The notes beneath the pieces are model-generated. The model saw only the letters and a program-made list of their open reading frames with translations, did not search any database and was not told where the DNA came from. DNA of 64,000 nucleotides from Patescibacteria group bacterium (GTDB lineage: Bacteria > Patescibacteriota > Minisyncoccia > Phycocordibacterales > JAACPR01): contig JAKLEX010000001.1 in NCBI GenBank assembly GCA_022711495.1, positions 291,379-355,378 of the forward strand. Direction: 5' to 3'. This document shows, in pieces, positions 35,372-45,555 of the stretch (its first letter is position 1; each line of letters opens with the position of its first letter). The translations under genes were made by a program, and so were the position numbers.

Positions 35372-36640
35372 ATGTTTTTTTCTAGATCATTAAGACGAAA
35401 CACCTCAAAAGGTTTCACTCTCCTGGAAATGCTCTTGGTCATCGCCATCATCGCCATCTTAGCTGCTATCGTTATCGTGGCCATCAACCCAGCGCGGCAA
35501 CTAGCCCAAGCTCGAAATGCTCAAAGAGCTAGTGATCTCAATGCTATCCATAAAGCTGTCCAACAGTACTACATAGATAACCTGGAATACCCAGACGGTT
35601 TAGATAGTAGTCTGCAAGAAATCTGCAATACTGGCGGAGGAGAAGATTGTATTGATATTGAAGACGCTTTAGTACCAACTTATCTTTCTGCTCTACCAGA
35701 AAATCCAAATGGTGGTAATTACGAAATCGCTCTACAGACTGGCAACAAACTAGCTTTAGTTGCTCCTGGTTCAAAAGAACAAGGACTTGGCGGCATTGTC
35801 ATTGGAACTTCAACTTCGTTAGTTGAAGAAGAAGGTGGTGGAGGGGGAGAAGAATGTGATGTTACTGCTGCCGGATCCTATGACTCCGCTACTGATGGCG
35901 ATTACACAGTTTTAACTTTTGATGGGGCCGGCACGTTCACAGTTAACTCTGGTACCTGTGATGCTGATATTCTTGTTGTTGGCGGTGGAGGAGGAGGAGG
36001 GCAGAAACATTCCGGAGGTGGTGGAGGCGGCGGCGTTATAGAAGAAAGCGTATCTGGTTTATCTGGTGAAATAGGAATCTCTGTTGGTTCTGGTGGCGCA
36101 GGTGGGCCAGCTGGTGATCCTTATAATGCTGGAGAAAACGGCGGAGATAGCTCTTTTGGTGATGATTATATTGCAATTGGTGGCGGTGGAGGAGGGGGTT
36201 ATAGTACAGCAAATGAAGCCGGTGACGGTGGTTCTGGGGGAGGCGCCGGGCAGAATAATGATGATCCGCCAGGACTTGGTGAAGCTGGACAAGGTAATAA
36301 TGGAGGTGACGAGTCTAGCGGCCGAGGCGGAGGCGGTGGTGGGGCCGGCGCGGTTGGAGAGGACTCTGATGGCACTAACGGCGGAACCGGAGGTGATGGC
36401 ATTTCTTCTGATATAACAGGTGTCGCCACCTATTATGGTGGTGGCGGAGGTGGAGTTGGTCCATCCCAAGCCGCTGGCGGACAGGGAGGCGGTGGTTCTG
36501 GTGCAAATTACAGCGATGAAGGATCGTTTCCGGCGGAAGATGGAACGGATGGACTTGGTGGTGGCGGAGGTGGAGGTCAAGATGCCGCAGGCGGAGATGG
36601 CGGTGATGGTGTTGTTATAGTCCGATATATAGCCAGCTAG
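35372..36640 (+). CDS. type IV pilin-like protein with very large glycine/aspartate-rich low-complexity C-terminal domain
   Basis: A prepilin class III signal MFFSRSLRRNTSKG|FTLLEMLLVIAIIAILAAIVIVAINP is present. A pilin head domain follows (QQYYIDNLEYPDG). About 250 aa are made of runs such as GGGGGGG, GSGGAGG and GGDGGDG. Start chosen at the ATG at 35372 because the ORF's upstream part overlaps trmD. Confidence 0.65.
   Translation: MFFSRSLRRNTSKGFTLLEMLLVIAIIAILAAIVIVAINPARQLAQARNAQRASDLNAIHKAVQQYYIDNLEYPDGLDSSLQEICNTGGGEDCIDIEDALVPTYLSALPENPNGGNYEIALQTGNKLALVAPGSKEQGLGGIVIGTSTSLVEEEGGGGGEECDVTAAGSYDSATDGDYTVLTFDGAGTFTVNSGTCDADILVVGGGGGGGQKHSGGGGGGGVIEESVSGLSGEIGISVGSGGAGGPAGDPYNAGENGGDSSFGDDYIAIGGGGGGGYSTANEAGDGGSGGGAGQNNDDPPGLGEAGQGNNGGDESSGRGGGGGGAGAVGEDSDGTNGGTGGDGISSDITGVATYYGGGGGGVGPSQAAGGQGGGGSGANYSDEGSFPAEDGTDGLGGGGGGGQDAAGGDGGDGVVIVRYIAS
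35980..36600 (+). repeat. degenerate GGN-codon tandem repeats (low-complexity DNA encoding the Gly-rich tail)
   Basis: Reiterated ggtgg(a/t)gg(a/c)gg units occur throughout. Confidence 0.6.
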
Positions 36641-36885
36641 TTGATTTTAGTTAAAATTCACCGCCATTTTCTGTGGAAAACTCGTTGACGCGGGTTTACT
36701 TTTAGTTTATCCTATCTTTAACGCTAAAGGGGATTGAGTTCGGGCAGAAATTGCGGTTTAAATATTAAAAATAATAAAAGCTAGCGGATGCGGCTTTTGG
36801 AAAATTATAAAAGTTAATTAATCATAAGAGGCGAAACTCTGAAAGGGGAGAGTTCCGCCCAATTTTTGCGTCTGCATAATTAAAT

Positions 36886-39800
36886 ATGAAAAACACCAAG
36901 TTTGCTAAAGACGAAGCCAAAACTGTCGGCCAAAGAGAAAAAAAGTATTTCTCAAAGTATCGAAAACCTCCGATAGAATTACCTAATTTGTTTGAAGGTC
37001 AAATTGAATCTTTTAATTGGCTTATAAACGACGGCTTGAAAGAAGTTTTCAAGGAATTTTCAGAGATCTCTGATTATTCCGGGAAAAAATTTGATCTTAA
37101 ATTAGGCGAACTGATTTTTGAGAAACCGAAATTGACTAGCCGCGAAGCCCGATTCAATCATCTAACTTACGAAGCTCCTCTTAAAGTTCGAGCCACCCTT
37201 GTAAACAAAGCCCTTAATACGACCAAAGAACAAGACATCTTCCTGTCCGAGTTTCCAATAATGACTCGCCACGGAACTTTTATCATCAATGGCGTTGAAA
37301 GAGTTATCGTTCCACAACTAGCCCGTTCTTACGGGATTTTATTTACAACAAATTTGATCCGCGGCCGAATTTTATTCGGTGCCAAAATAATTCCATCCAG
37401 AGGTGCTTGGATAGAATTTGAGACCGATGCCGATAATGTTGTCTATGTCCGAATCGATCGAAACCGCAAGTTCCCAGTCACGACCCTTTTACGAGTTTTA
37501 GGCACGGCGACAGATGAAGCCATATTAAAATTATTTAAAGGTCATGACTTTGTTGTTGAGGCGATTAAGAAAACTTTGGCCAAAGATTCGGTCAAAGAGC
37601 TAGAACACGCATATCTTGATATTTATAAAAGATTGCGCGATGGCGATTTGGCGACCTTGGAAAATGCCAGAGAATTTGTTGATTCTATCTTAGACGAAGA
37701 TCGTTATGACTTATCAGAAGTTGGTCGTTTCAAGTTCAACAACCGTTTTGGTCTACCGACTGATAAAAAAGCTCTGCAAAAGAGAGTTATTGACAAAGAC
37801 GACTTAGCCATCATCATCTCTCATATTGTTGAGTTAAATCATACGCCAGATGCCATAGAAGACGATATTGATCACCTTGGTTCTCGTCGAGTTAGATTTG
37901 TTGGCGAACTGCTTCAACAGAAAGTTCGAACGGGTCTAGCTCAAATGCGTCGAAACATCCAAAATCGAATGTCTACCATGGACACCTCGACGACCTTGCC
38001 GGCCAATTTTATCACCCCGAGACCGTTGCAAGCTCGAATTAAGGAATTTTTCACCACCAGTCAGCTGTCTCAATTCATGCAGCAAGAAAATATCTTGACG
38101 GAGATTGAACACCTAAGAACTGTTTCTGCTCTTGGACCCGGAGGTTTGACTAGAGAGAGAGCCGGACTTGAAGTTAGAGACGTTCATCCTTCTCATTACG
38201 GCAGAGTTTGTCCGATTCAAACTCCTGAAGGACCAAACATCGGTTTGATTTTGAGACTTTCTTGTTACGCTAGAACCAACAAATATGGAATGATTGAGAC
38301 GCCTTATTTGAAGGTTGAGGACGGAAAAGTTACAAACGAAATCGTTTATCTCAACGCTCACGAAGAGGAAAAATATTCTATCGCTCATGCCGCGTTGAAA
38401 TTAGATGAAAACGGACATTTTACCGACAAATATGTCAATGCCCGGGTTCATGGCGTTCCAAATGTCGTTAAAAATACTGAAATAAATTTCATGGACGTTG
38501 CTCCTTACCAAGCGTTTTCTGTCGCCACATCCATGGTGCCATTTTTGGATCACGATGATGCCAACCGTGCTCTGATGGCCTCAAACATGCAGAAACAAGC
38601 TGTTCCGCTGTTAAAAACAGAAGCTCCACTCGTGGCGACTGGTATTGAAGAAGACTCGCTTAAGTATTCAAATCGCGTTATTCGCGCCGAAGAGGCGGGA
38701 GTCGTTGAGGCGGTTGACGGCAGAAGAATTATCGTTAACTCTGGTCGAGAGAAAAAAGAATATGAATTGGAAAACCTTCGCCGAACAAATAGTTTTACGG
38801 CTTTCGGACATAAGCCGATTGTTAATGTCGGAGACAAAGTGAAAAAAGGCGGGCTTTTGGCTGATAGTTCAACCAGTGACCACGGACAAGTTGCGTTTGG
38901 TAAAAACTTGCTTGTGGCTTTTATGTCCTGGTCCGGTTCAAACTACGAAGATGCCATTATCATTTCGCAGAAGTTAGTAAAAGACGATACCTTAACTTCT
39001 ATTCATTTAGAAGAAGTCGTCGTTAATGTTCGGGATACACGGCTTGGTCCGGAAGAAACGACATCTGATATTCCAAATGTCAGCGACATCAAATTAAAAA
39101 ATCTTGATGAGGAAGGAATCATCCGTGTTGGCGCTGAGGTTCGTCCCGGAGATATTCTCGTTGGAAAAATCACGCCAAAAAGCGAAACCCAACTTACGCC
39201 GGAAGAAAGATTACTCAGATCAATTTTCGGAGAAAAGTCTCGTGATGTTAAGGATTCATCAAAAAGAGCCGAGGGCGGACTTTGTGGTCGTGTCGTCGGC
39301 GTTAAAATTTTTACTAGGGAAAAGGGAGATAAACTTGATTCTGGAATTATCAAGAGAATTCATGTTGAGGTTGCTCAACTCCGAGCAATCCAGGTTGGTG
39401 ACAAATTAGCCGGGCGTCACGGTAACAAGGGCGTGATTTCCAGGATTCTACCGGTTGAGGACATGCCTTACACGGAAGACGGAACAGCGGTTGATATAGT
39501 TTTAACTCCTCTAGGTGTACCGAGTCGTATGAACCTTGGCCAGATTTTGGAGTTACACCTTGGTCTAGCGGCAAATTCACTTAATTATCAAGCTATCTGT
39601 CCGCCATTCTCTGGGGCAACTGTTGAAGAAATCCGCTCGGAATTAGCTCAGGCCGGTTTCAACACAAATGGCAAAATGCCTTTGTACGATGGCCGAACAG
39701 GTGAAAAATTTGAACAAGACATCGCTGTTGGTTATATGTACATGCTTAAACTTCACCACATGGTTGAAGATAAAATCCACATGCGCTCTATTGGGCCTTA

Positions 39801-40113
39801 CTCATTAATTACCCAACAACCTTTGGGTGGTAAAGCGCAAAACGGTGGACAGAGATTCGGAGAAATGGAAGTCTGGGCACTGCTTGGTCACGGCGCTGCT
39901 CATACCCTTCGCGAAGTTTTGACTTACAAGTCGGACGACATTGTCGGACGATCGGCGGCTTTTGACGCTATTGTTAAAGGACAACCAATAACTCAAACCA
40001 ATGTTCCGGCCTCGTTTAATGTTTTAGTTAATAATATGCGAGGTTTGGGGCTAGATGTTGACATTAAATACGCAGACAAAAAGGCAGAAGATGATGAGAA
40101 CAATAAAAAATAA
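36886..40113 (+). CDS. rpoB: DNA-directed RNA polymerase subunit beta (compact form)
   Basis: 1075 aa. Conserved Rpb2 blocks are present: GDKLAGRHGNKGVIS, NMQKQAVP and ARFNHLTYEAPL. Confidence 0.95.
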   Translation: MKNTKFAKDEAKTVGQREKKYFSKYRKPPIELPNLFEGQIESFNWLINDGLKEVFKEFSEISDYSGKKFDLKLGELIFEKPKLTSREARFNHLTYEAPLKVRATLVNKALNTTKEQDIFLSEFPIMTRHGTFIINGVERVIVPQLARSYGILFTTNLIRGRILFGAKIIPSRGAWIEFETDADNVVYVRIDRNRKFPVTTLLRVLGTATDEAILKLFKGHDFVVEAIKKTLAKDSVKELEHAYLDIYKRLRDGDLATLENAREFVDSILDEDRYDLSEVGRFKFNNRFGLPTDKKALQKRVIDKDDLAIIISHIVELNHTPDAIEDDIDHLGSRRVRFVGELLQQKVRTGLAQMRRNIQNRMSTMDTSTTLPANFITPRPLQARIKEFFTTSQLSQFMQQENILTEIEHLRTVSALGPGGLTRERAGLEVRDVHPSHYGRVCPIQTPEGPNIGLILRLSCYARTNKYGMIETPYLKVEDGKVTNEIVYLNAHEEEKYSIAHAALKLDENGHFTDKYVNARVHGVPNVVKNTEINFMDVAPYQAFSVATSMVPFLDHDDANRALMASNMQKQAVPLLKTEAPLVATGIEEDSLKYSNRVIRAEEAGVVEAVDGRRIIVNSGREKKEYELENLRRTNSFTAFGHKPIVNVGDKVKKGGLLADSSTSDHGQVAFGKNLLVAFMSWSGSNYEDAIIISQKLVKDDTLTSIHLEEVVVNVRDTRLGPEETTSDIPNVSDIKLKNLDEEGIIRVGAEVRPGDILVGKITPKSETQLTPEERLLRSIFGEKSRDVKDSSKRAEGGLCGRVVGVKIFTREKGDKLDSGIIKRIHVEVAQLRAIQVGDKLAGRHGNKGVISRILPVEDMPYTEDGTAVDIVLTPLGVPSRMNLGQILELHLGLAANSLNYQAICPPFSGATVEEIRSELAQAGFNTNGKMPLYDGRTGEKFEQDIAVGYMYMLKLHHMVEDKIHMRSIGPYSLITQQPLGGKAQNGGQRFGEMEVWALLGHGAAHTLREVLTYKSDDIVGRSAAFDAIVKGQPITQTNVPASFNVLVNNMRGLGLDVDIKYADKKAEDDENNKK

Positions 40114-40126
40114 TTAATAATCAACC

Positions 40127-43100
40127 ATGCAAAGAAAAACTTATAAAAAACCATCTATAGACAAAATCTTTTTAAGATTGGCTTCACCCGATCGGATTTT
40201 GGAGTGGTCGCACGGCGAAGTAACAAAACCGGAAACGGTCAATTACCGAACACAACGTTCTGAAAAGAATGGACTGTTTGACGAAAGAATTTTCGGTCCG
40301 GAGAGAGACTATGAATGTTACTGCGGAAAATATCGAGGCATTCGCTATAAGGGAATTGTCTGCGAAAAATGTGGCGTTGAAATAACTCGATCAATTGTTC
40401 GTCGCGAGAGGATGGGGCACATTACTCTGGCTAGTCCGGTCGCCCACATCTGGTTTTTGAGAAGTATTCCGTCAAGAATTAGCACTTTGCTTGGTATGAG
40501 TTCTTCCGACGTTGAAAAAGTCGTCTATTTCGCCGGTTATCTTGTAACCGAAGTGAATGAAACAGAGAAAAAAAGAATTCTTGGTGATCTTGAATCTGAA
40601 TATAAAAATAAAAGTAAAACCGCCCAAGATGAAAAGACTAAAGAAAAGCTAAAATCGCTTTATCTCCAGACTAAACAAGAAATTGACAGTTTGGTTAAAG
40701 GCCAGGTCTTGGATGAAGTTGTGTATCACAAATTTTCAATGAGATATGGCTCTGTTTTTGAAGCAGAAATCGGCGCGGAAGCTGTCTTTGAACTGTTCAA
40801 ATCTTTGAATTTGGAAAGTTTATTAAAAAATCTTGAAGAGCAAAGCACAACCGCGACAGGACCACAGAAAGACAAACTCAACCGTCGAATCAGTTTAATT
40901 CGAGCCATGATCAAATCAGAGATTCGTCCGGAGTGGATGTTTTTACAGCATATTCCAGTTATACCACCGGCGCTTCGACCGATGGTTGCACTTGATGGCG
41001 GAAGACAAGCAACTTCTGACATTAACGATCTTTATCGCCGAGTCATCAACAGAAATAATCGTTTGAAAAAATTACAAGATATTGGCGCGCCAGACGTAAT
41101 TTTGCGAAACGAAAAGAGAATTCTTCAGGAGGCCGTCGATGCTTTGGTAGATAATAATATTCGTCACAGTTCAAGTTCCAGCATGGCCAATCAAGCTCAA
41201 AAAAGGGCGCTAAAATCTTTGGCCGACAACTTAAAAGGTAAACGTGGTTTTTTCAGAGGTAATTTGCTGGGAAAAAGAGTTGATTACTCCGGTCGCTCTG
41301 TCATCGTTATTGGTCCTGATTTAGCCTTAAACCAATGCGGATTACCAAAACTTATGGCGCTTGAGTTATTCCGACCGTTTATCATTTCTAAACTTTTGAA
41401 AGATGAATTGGCTTTCAATATCCGAGGAGCTGGACGATTAATCGATGAAAAGGCTCCAGAGGTTTGGGAAATCCTGGATGAGGTTATTCAAAATAAATAT
41501 GTTTTGTTAAACCGCGCGCCGACTCTTCACCGTCTGGGCATCCAAGCCTTTAAGCCGGTTTTGATTGAAGGTAATGCCATTCAAATCCATCCGTTAGTTT
41601 GTACCGCCTTTAACGCCGACTTCGACGGTGACCAAATGGCCGTTCACGTTCCATTGTCGGTTGTCGCTCAATATGAAGCTCGCGAAATCATGGCCGCGGA
41701 TAAAAATGTTCTAAAGCCTGGTTCCGGTGATCCGGTTGTGGCCGCGAAGCTTCTGGATATTTTGCTAGGTTGTTTCTGGATGACCAAGATGGTCGCCGGC
41801 GAAAGAGGGGAAGGAATGCGGTTCCCTGGTCCAAATTTGGCCATGACAGCTTATGATTATGGCCTTGTTGGATTGAGAGCTAAAGTTTTGGTCAAAACAA
41901 AAAGTGGCACGAAATACGTAAATGGCGACAAAGATGTTCTTGAAACGACCGTGGGTCGGATTATGTTCAATTCTATATTGCCACACGACTACAAGTTTAT
42001 AAACGAAGAAATTGACAAGAAGAAGATGTCCAAGGTTGTAAACGACTTTATCAATAAATACGGACTTCATGGTTTGCCGGAGATTTTAGACAAGATAAAG
42101 AAATTCGGCTTCACTTATGCCACGACTTCCGGGATAACTTGGGCCATCGATGATCTGCAAATTCCAGAAGGAAAACAAAAAATTATTGAGGCCTCTTTGG
42201 AAGAAGTTAAAAAAGTCAAAAGTCAGTATAACGAAGGTTTGCTTTCTGAAGCCGAAAAGAAGAGAAAACTAACAACGATCTGGCACGAGGCTAAAAATAA
42301 AATTGAAGCTCTGATTCCGGCAACTCTTGATCCAAACGGACCAGTTTACGACATGTGGAAATCTGGCGCCCGAGGTTCGCTCGGTCAGATTACTAACATG
42401 GCCGGCATGAAGGGATTGATTGTTAACTCAAGAGGAGAGGAAATTGAAACTCCGATTCTATCAAACAGTAAAGAAGGATTCAGCCCGATTGAATACTTCA
42501 CCTCAACCCACGGTTCTCGAAAGGGCCTCACCGACACGGCGCTTAACACGGCCCGAGCGGGTTACTTAACCAGGAGACTCTTTGATGTGGCGCAAGACAT
42601 CGTAGTTAGAGAAAAGGATTGTAAGACAAAGAAATCTATCACTATCAAAAAGCGCGGTAGCGATTCCGGTATAGAAATTTCTCTATCAAAGAAAATTCGC
42701 GGTCGTGTTTTGGCTGAAGATCTCAAGGATGATAACGGCAAGAAGATGTTTGAAAAAGGCCATCTAATTAGCAAAGATGATGCTCAAACCATTGAGGATT
42801 CAAATATTTCAGAAATCAAAGTTAGATCACCTCTAACTTGCGAGACAAGTCACGGCGTTTGCAGTCTGTGCTACGGAATGGATCTTGGAAATGACGAGAT
42901 CGTTGATTTGGGTGAGGCAGTTGGCACAGTCGCCGCTCAAGCCATCGGTGAGCCTGGCACACAGCTGACAATGCGTACTTTCCATGCCGGTGGAACCGCT
43001 TCTGTCGGTGGCGATATTACCCAAGGTTTGCCTAGAGTTGAGGAGGTTTTTGAAAGAAGAAAACCGAAAAGTCCTTGCTTGATCGCAAAGACTGATGGAA

Positions 43101-43810
43101 TTGTTTCCGAAATTCGGGAAGAAGGAAAAGACAAGATTATTGTTATTTCACCAAAAGAAGGAGGTAAAACTAAATCAAAGAAAAACAGCGAATATGTGGT
43201 GACTCATATTAGAACACCGCTGGTAAAAGTTGGTGATGAGGTATTAAAAGGCCAGATGTTAACCGATGGTTCCGCCGATATTGCTGAAATATTCAAATAT
43301 GCTGGCAGAGAAAGAGCCGAGGAATATATTATTCACCAGATCAACAAAGTTTATGAACTCCAGGGCGAATCTGTTTCCCGCAAGCACATAGAATTAATCG
43401 TTCGCCAGATGTTTTCTAGAGTTAAGGTCATTGACGGGGGCGATACGAAATATACAGTTGGAGATGTTGTTAATCAGGACGATTTGATTGAAGAGAATCG
43501 CTTGGTTAGTGAGGATGACGGCATGAAAGCAAAGGCCGAACCAATAGTCTTGGGAATTACGGAAGTTTCTCTTTCTAGAAAAAGCTTCTTGTCAGCCGCT
43601 TCATTCCAACACACAACAAAGGTTCTTATCAATTCAGCCATTCGCGGCGCCGAAGATAATCTGACTGGCTTGAAAGAAAATGTGATCTTGGGCCGACTAA
43701 TTCCCGCCGGCACCGGCTTTTCTGGCAGTAAGAAACATGAGGAGGCTAAAAAAATAGAAGAGGCTGCCCTGGCTGAATATGAAACGGCTCGGGCGATGGA
43801 GGAAGAATAA
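40127..43810 (+). CDS. rpoC: DNA-directed RNA polymerase subunit beta'
   Basis: 1227 aa. The zinc finger CYCGKYRGIRYKGIVCEKCG, the catalytic NADFDGDQMAVH and the trigger loop region are present. Confidence 0.95.
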   Translation: MQRKTYKKPSIDKIFLRLASPDRILEWSHGEVTKPETVNYRTQRSEKNGLFDERIFGPERDYECYCGKYRGIRYKGIVCEKCGVEITRSIVRRERMGHITLASPVAHIWFLRSIPSRISTLLGMSSSDVEKVVYFAGYLVTEVNETEKKRILGDLESEYKNKSKTAQDEKTKEKLKSLYLQTKQEIDSLVKGQVLDEVVYHKFSMRYGSVFEAEIGAEAVFELFKSLNLESLLKNLEEQSTTATGPQKDKLNRRISLIRAMIKSEIRPEWMFLQHIPVIPPALRPMVALDGGRQATSDINDLYRRVINRNNRLKKLQDIGAPDVILRNEKRILQEAVDALVDNNIRHSSSSSMANQAQKRALKSLADNLKGKRGFFRGNLLGKRVDYSGRSVIVIGPDLALNQCGLPKLMALELFRPFIISKLLKDELAFNIRGAGRLIDEKAPEVWEILDEVIQNKYVLLNRAPTLHRLGIQAFKPVLIEGNAIQIHPLVCTAFNADFDGDQMAVHVPLSVVAQYEAREIMAADKNVLKPGSGDPVVAAKLLDILLGCFWMTKMVAGERGEGMRFPGPNLAMTAYDYGLVGLRAKVLVKTKSGTKYVNGDKDVLETTVGRIMFNSILPHDYKFINEEIDKKKMSKVVNDFINKYGLHGLPEILDKIKKFGFTYATTSGITWAIDDLQIPEGKQKIIEASLEEVKKVKSQYNEGLLSEAEKKRKLTTIWHEAKNKIEALIPATLDPNGPVYDMWKSGARGSLGQITNMAGMKGLIVNSRGEEIETPILSNSKEGFSPIEYFTSTHGSRKGLTDTALNTARAGYLTRRLFDVAQDIVVREKDCKTKKSITIKKRGSDSGIEISLSKKIRGRVLAEDLKDDNGKKMFEKGHLISKDDAQTIEDSNISEIKVRSPLTCETSHGVCSLCYGMDLGNDEIVDLGEAVGTVAAQAIGEPGTQLTMRTFHAGGTASVGGDITQGLPRVEEVFERRKPKSPCLIAKTDGIVSEIREEGKDKIIVISPKEGGKTKSKKNSEYVVTHIRTPLVKVGDEVLKGQMLTDGSADIAEIFKYAGRERAEEYIIHQINKVYELQGESVSRKHIELIVRQMFSRVKVIDGGDTKYTVGDVVNQDDLIEENRLVSEDDGMKAKAEPIVLGITEVSLSRKSFLSAASFQHTTKVLINSAIRGAEDNLTGLKENVILGRLIPAGTGFSGSKKHEEAKKIEEAALAEYETARAMEEE

Positions 43811-43822
43811 TACCCAACAGTA

Positions 43823-45535
43823 ATGTCGCATCGTGATGTAGAAAAAATAAAAGAGCGATTGGGCATAAAGGAAGTCGTTGAATCATACATAAAGTTAGAA
43901 AAGACAGGCAAGAATTATCGCGGACGATGTCCCTTTCACAATGAAAAAACCCCGTCTTTTTTCATTTCGCCCGAACGGGACAGTTATTATTGTTTCGGCT
44001 GCGGAGCCAAGGGCGATATTTTTTCTTTCGTTCAGCAGTTTGAATCAACTGATTTTGTTGGCTCGCTGAAAATCCTGGCTGAACGGGCCGGTGTTGAAAT
44101 CACTCATGAATCAAGCGGCGCGGAAACTAAAAATAAGCAGCTTAAAAAAATATTGGAGGAGGCGACTAGCCATTTTCAGGAAAATCTCTCGGGAAACAAA
44201 CTCGCTCTAGAGTACTTAAAAAAACGAGGTCTAAAGGAAGATACCATCAAAAGCTGGCGAATTGGATTCGCCGCGGATAGTTGGCGGGAGCTATACGATT
44301 TTTTACTGAAGAAAGGCCACAAAGATTCGGCGCTTATTGATGCCGGGGTCGTGAAGAGAGGCGAAAAGGGCGGTTTGTATGATTATTTTAGAAGCCGCGT
44401 AATGTTTCCCATCTTTAATTCTTCCGGCGAACCAGTAGCTTTTTCCGGCAGAATCTTCGGCGCGGAAGAATCAGAAACGGCCAAATACATAAACAGCCCT
44501 GAAACAGAGTTGTTCAAAAAGTCGGAGGTTCTTTATGGATTTGACCGCGCCAAGAGTCATATCAGAAAGAACGATTTTTCAATTTTAGTGGAAGGGCAAA
44601 TGGACCTCATAATGTGTCATCAGGCTGGCTACAAAAATGCCGTGGCATCAAGTGGAACGGCGCTGACCGAGAGGCAATTGGGAATGATATCCAGAATCTC
44701 ACCCAAATTAGTCATCGCCTATGATTCTGACAGTGCTGGATTCAAGGCTTCGGAAAGAGCATGGCAGATGGCCTTGGGTCTGGGAATGGATGTGAAGATC
44801 GCCGATTTAGTTGGCGGCAAGGATCCGGCCGACATTATTCTTGCCGACGTAAAAAAGTGGCGTGAAGCTGTAAAAAATTCAAAACACATAATTGAAATCT
44901 TAATTCAAAAAATTGAAAACGAAGTTAAGGGCAAAAGAGAAGCCGGCCTGGAAGTTTCAGAAAAAATAATACCGTATCTGTTCATGATAAAAAACAAGAT
45001 AGATCAAGCACACTTCGTAAAGGCTGTGAGCGATAGACTAGGAATCCGTGAGGAAGCCATTTACACCGATTTGCAAAATTATAAGCCAGATATTATTTCA
45101 AATTCGACCGACAGGAAAAACAAGGCCATTCTCTCTGTAGGCAAAGATCAGATGGCCGTGGAAAAGAGACTCTTCGGCTTGATCTTATGGCAGGAGAGAT
45201 TGCCGAATCCGACAATTGATGTTGAATCTGCGCGAAATGAAATTCGAGAAATTTTAGGTGAAGAATATGAAGTCATTTGGGAATCAGTTAAAGATTTTAT
45301 AGACGACGTTTTATTCGCCATTGAAAGTAGTTATGGCGATGAAAAAATTATTAAAAAAGAATTTAAAGAGTTGATCGTTAATCTACGGCTCAAATACTTG
45401 ATAAAAAAGCGCGAGCGATTACTGCTGGAACTCAAACGCCAGGAACAAAATAATAACGAGAAGGAGTCGGATCAATTACTGGGAAAAATTAATGAGATTT
45501 CAAAAGAGATAAACGCCATTAATAGGGAATTATAA
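43823..45535 (+). CDS. dnaG: DNA primase DnaG
   Basis: Zinc ribbon CPFHNEKTPSF...CFGCG. TOPRIM domain (EGQMDLI, DSDSAG). Confidence 0.9.
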   Translation: MSHRDVEKIKERLGIKEVVESYIKLEKTGKNYRGRCPFHNEKTPSFFISPERDSYYCFGCGAKGDIFSFVQQFESTDFVGSLKILAERAGVEITHESSGAETKNKQLKKILEEATSHFQENLSGNKLALEYLKKRGLKEDTIKSWRIGFAADSWRELYDFLLKKGHKDSALIDAGVVKRGEKGGLYDYFRSRVMFPIFNSSGEPVAFSGRIFGAEESETAKYINSPETELFKKSEVLYGFDRAKSHIRKNDFSILVEGQMDLIMCHQAGYKNAVASSGTALTERQLGMISRISPKLVIAYDSDSAGFKASERAWQMALGLGMDVKIADLVGGKDPADIILADVKKWREAVKNSKHIIEILIQKIENEVKGKREAGLEVSEKIIPYLFMIKNKIDQAHFVKAVSDRLGIREEAIYTDLQNYKPDIISNSTDRKNKAILSVGKDQMAVEKRLFGLILWQERLPNPTIDVESARNEIREILGEEYEVIWESVKDFIDDVLFAIESSYGDEKIIKKEFKELIVNLRLKYLIKKRERLLLELKRQEQNNNEKESDQLLGKINEISKEINAINREL

Positions 45536-45555
45536 ATTTGATATAATAAATTTTT

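Noticed and set aside
35980-36600. Repetitive GGTGGAGG-type DNA as a possible CRISPR or other tandem array
   Set aside because: The repeats are degenerate GGN codon runs inside a continuous ORF encoding polyglycine. There are no regular repeat-spacer units and no cas genes.
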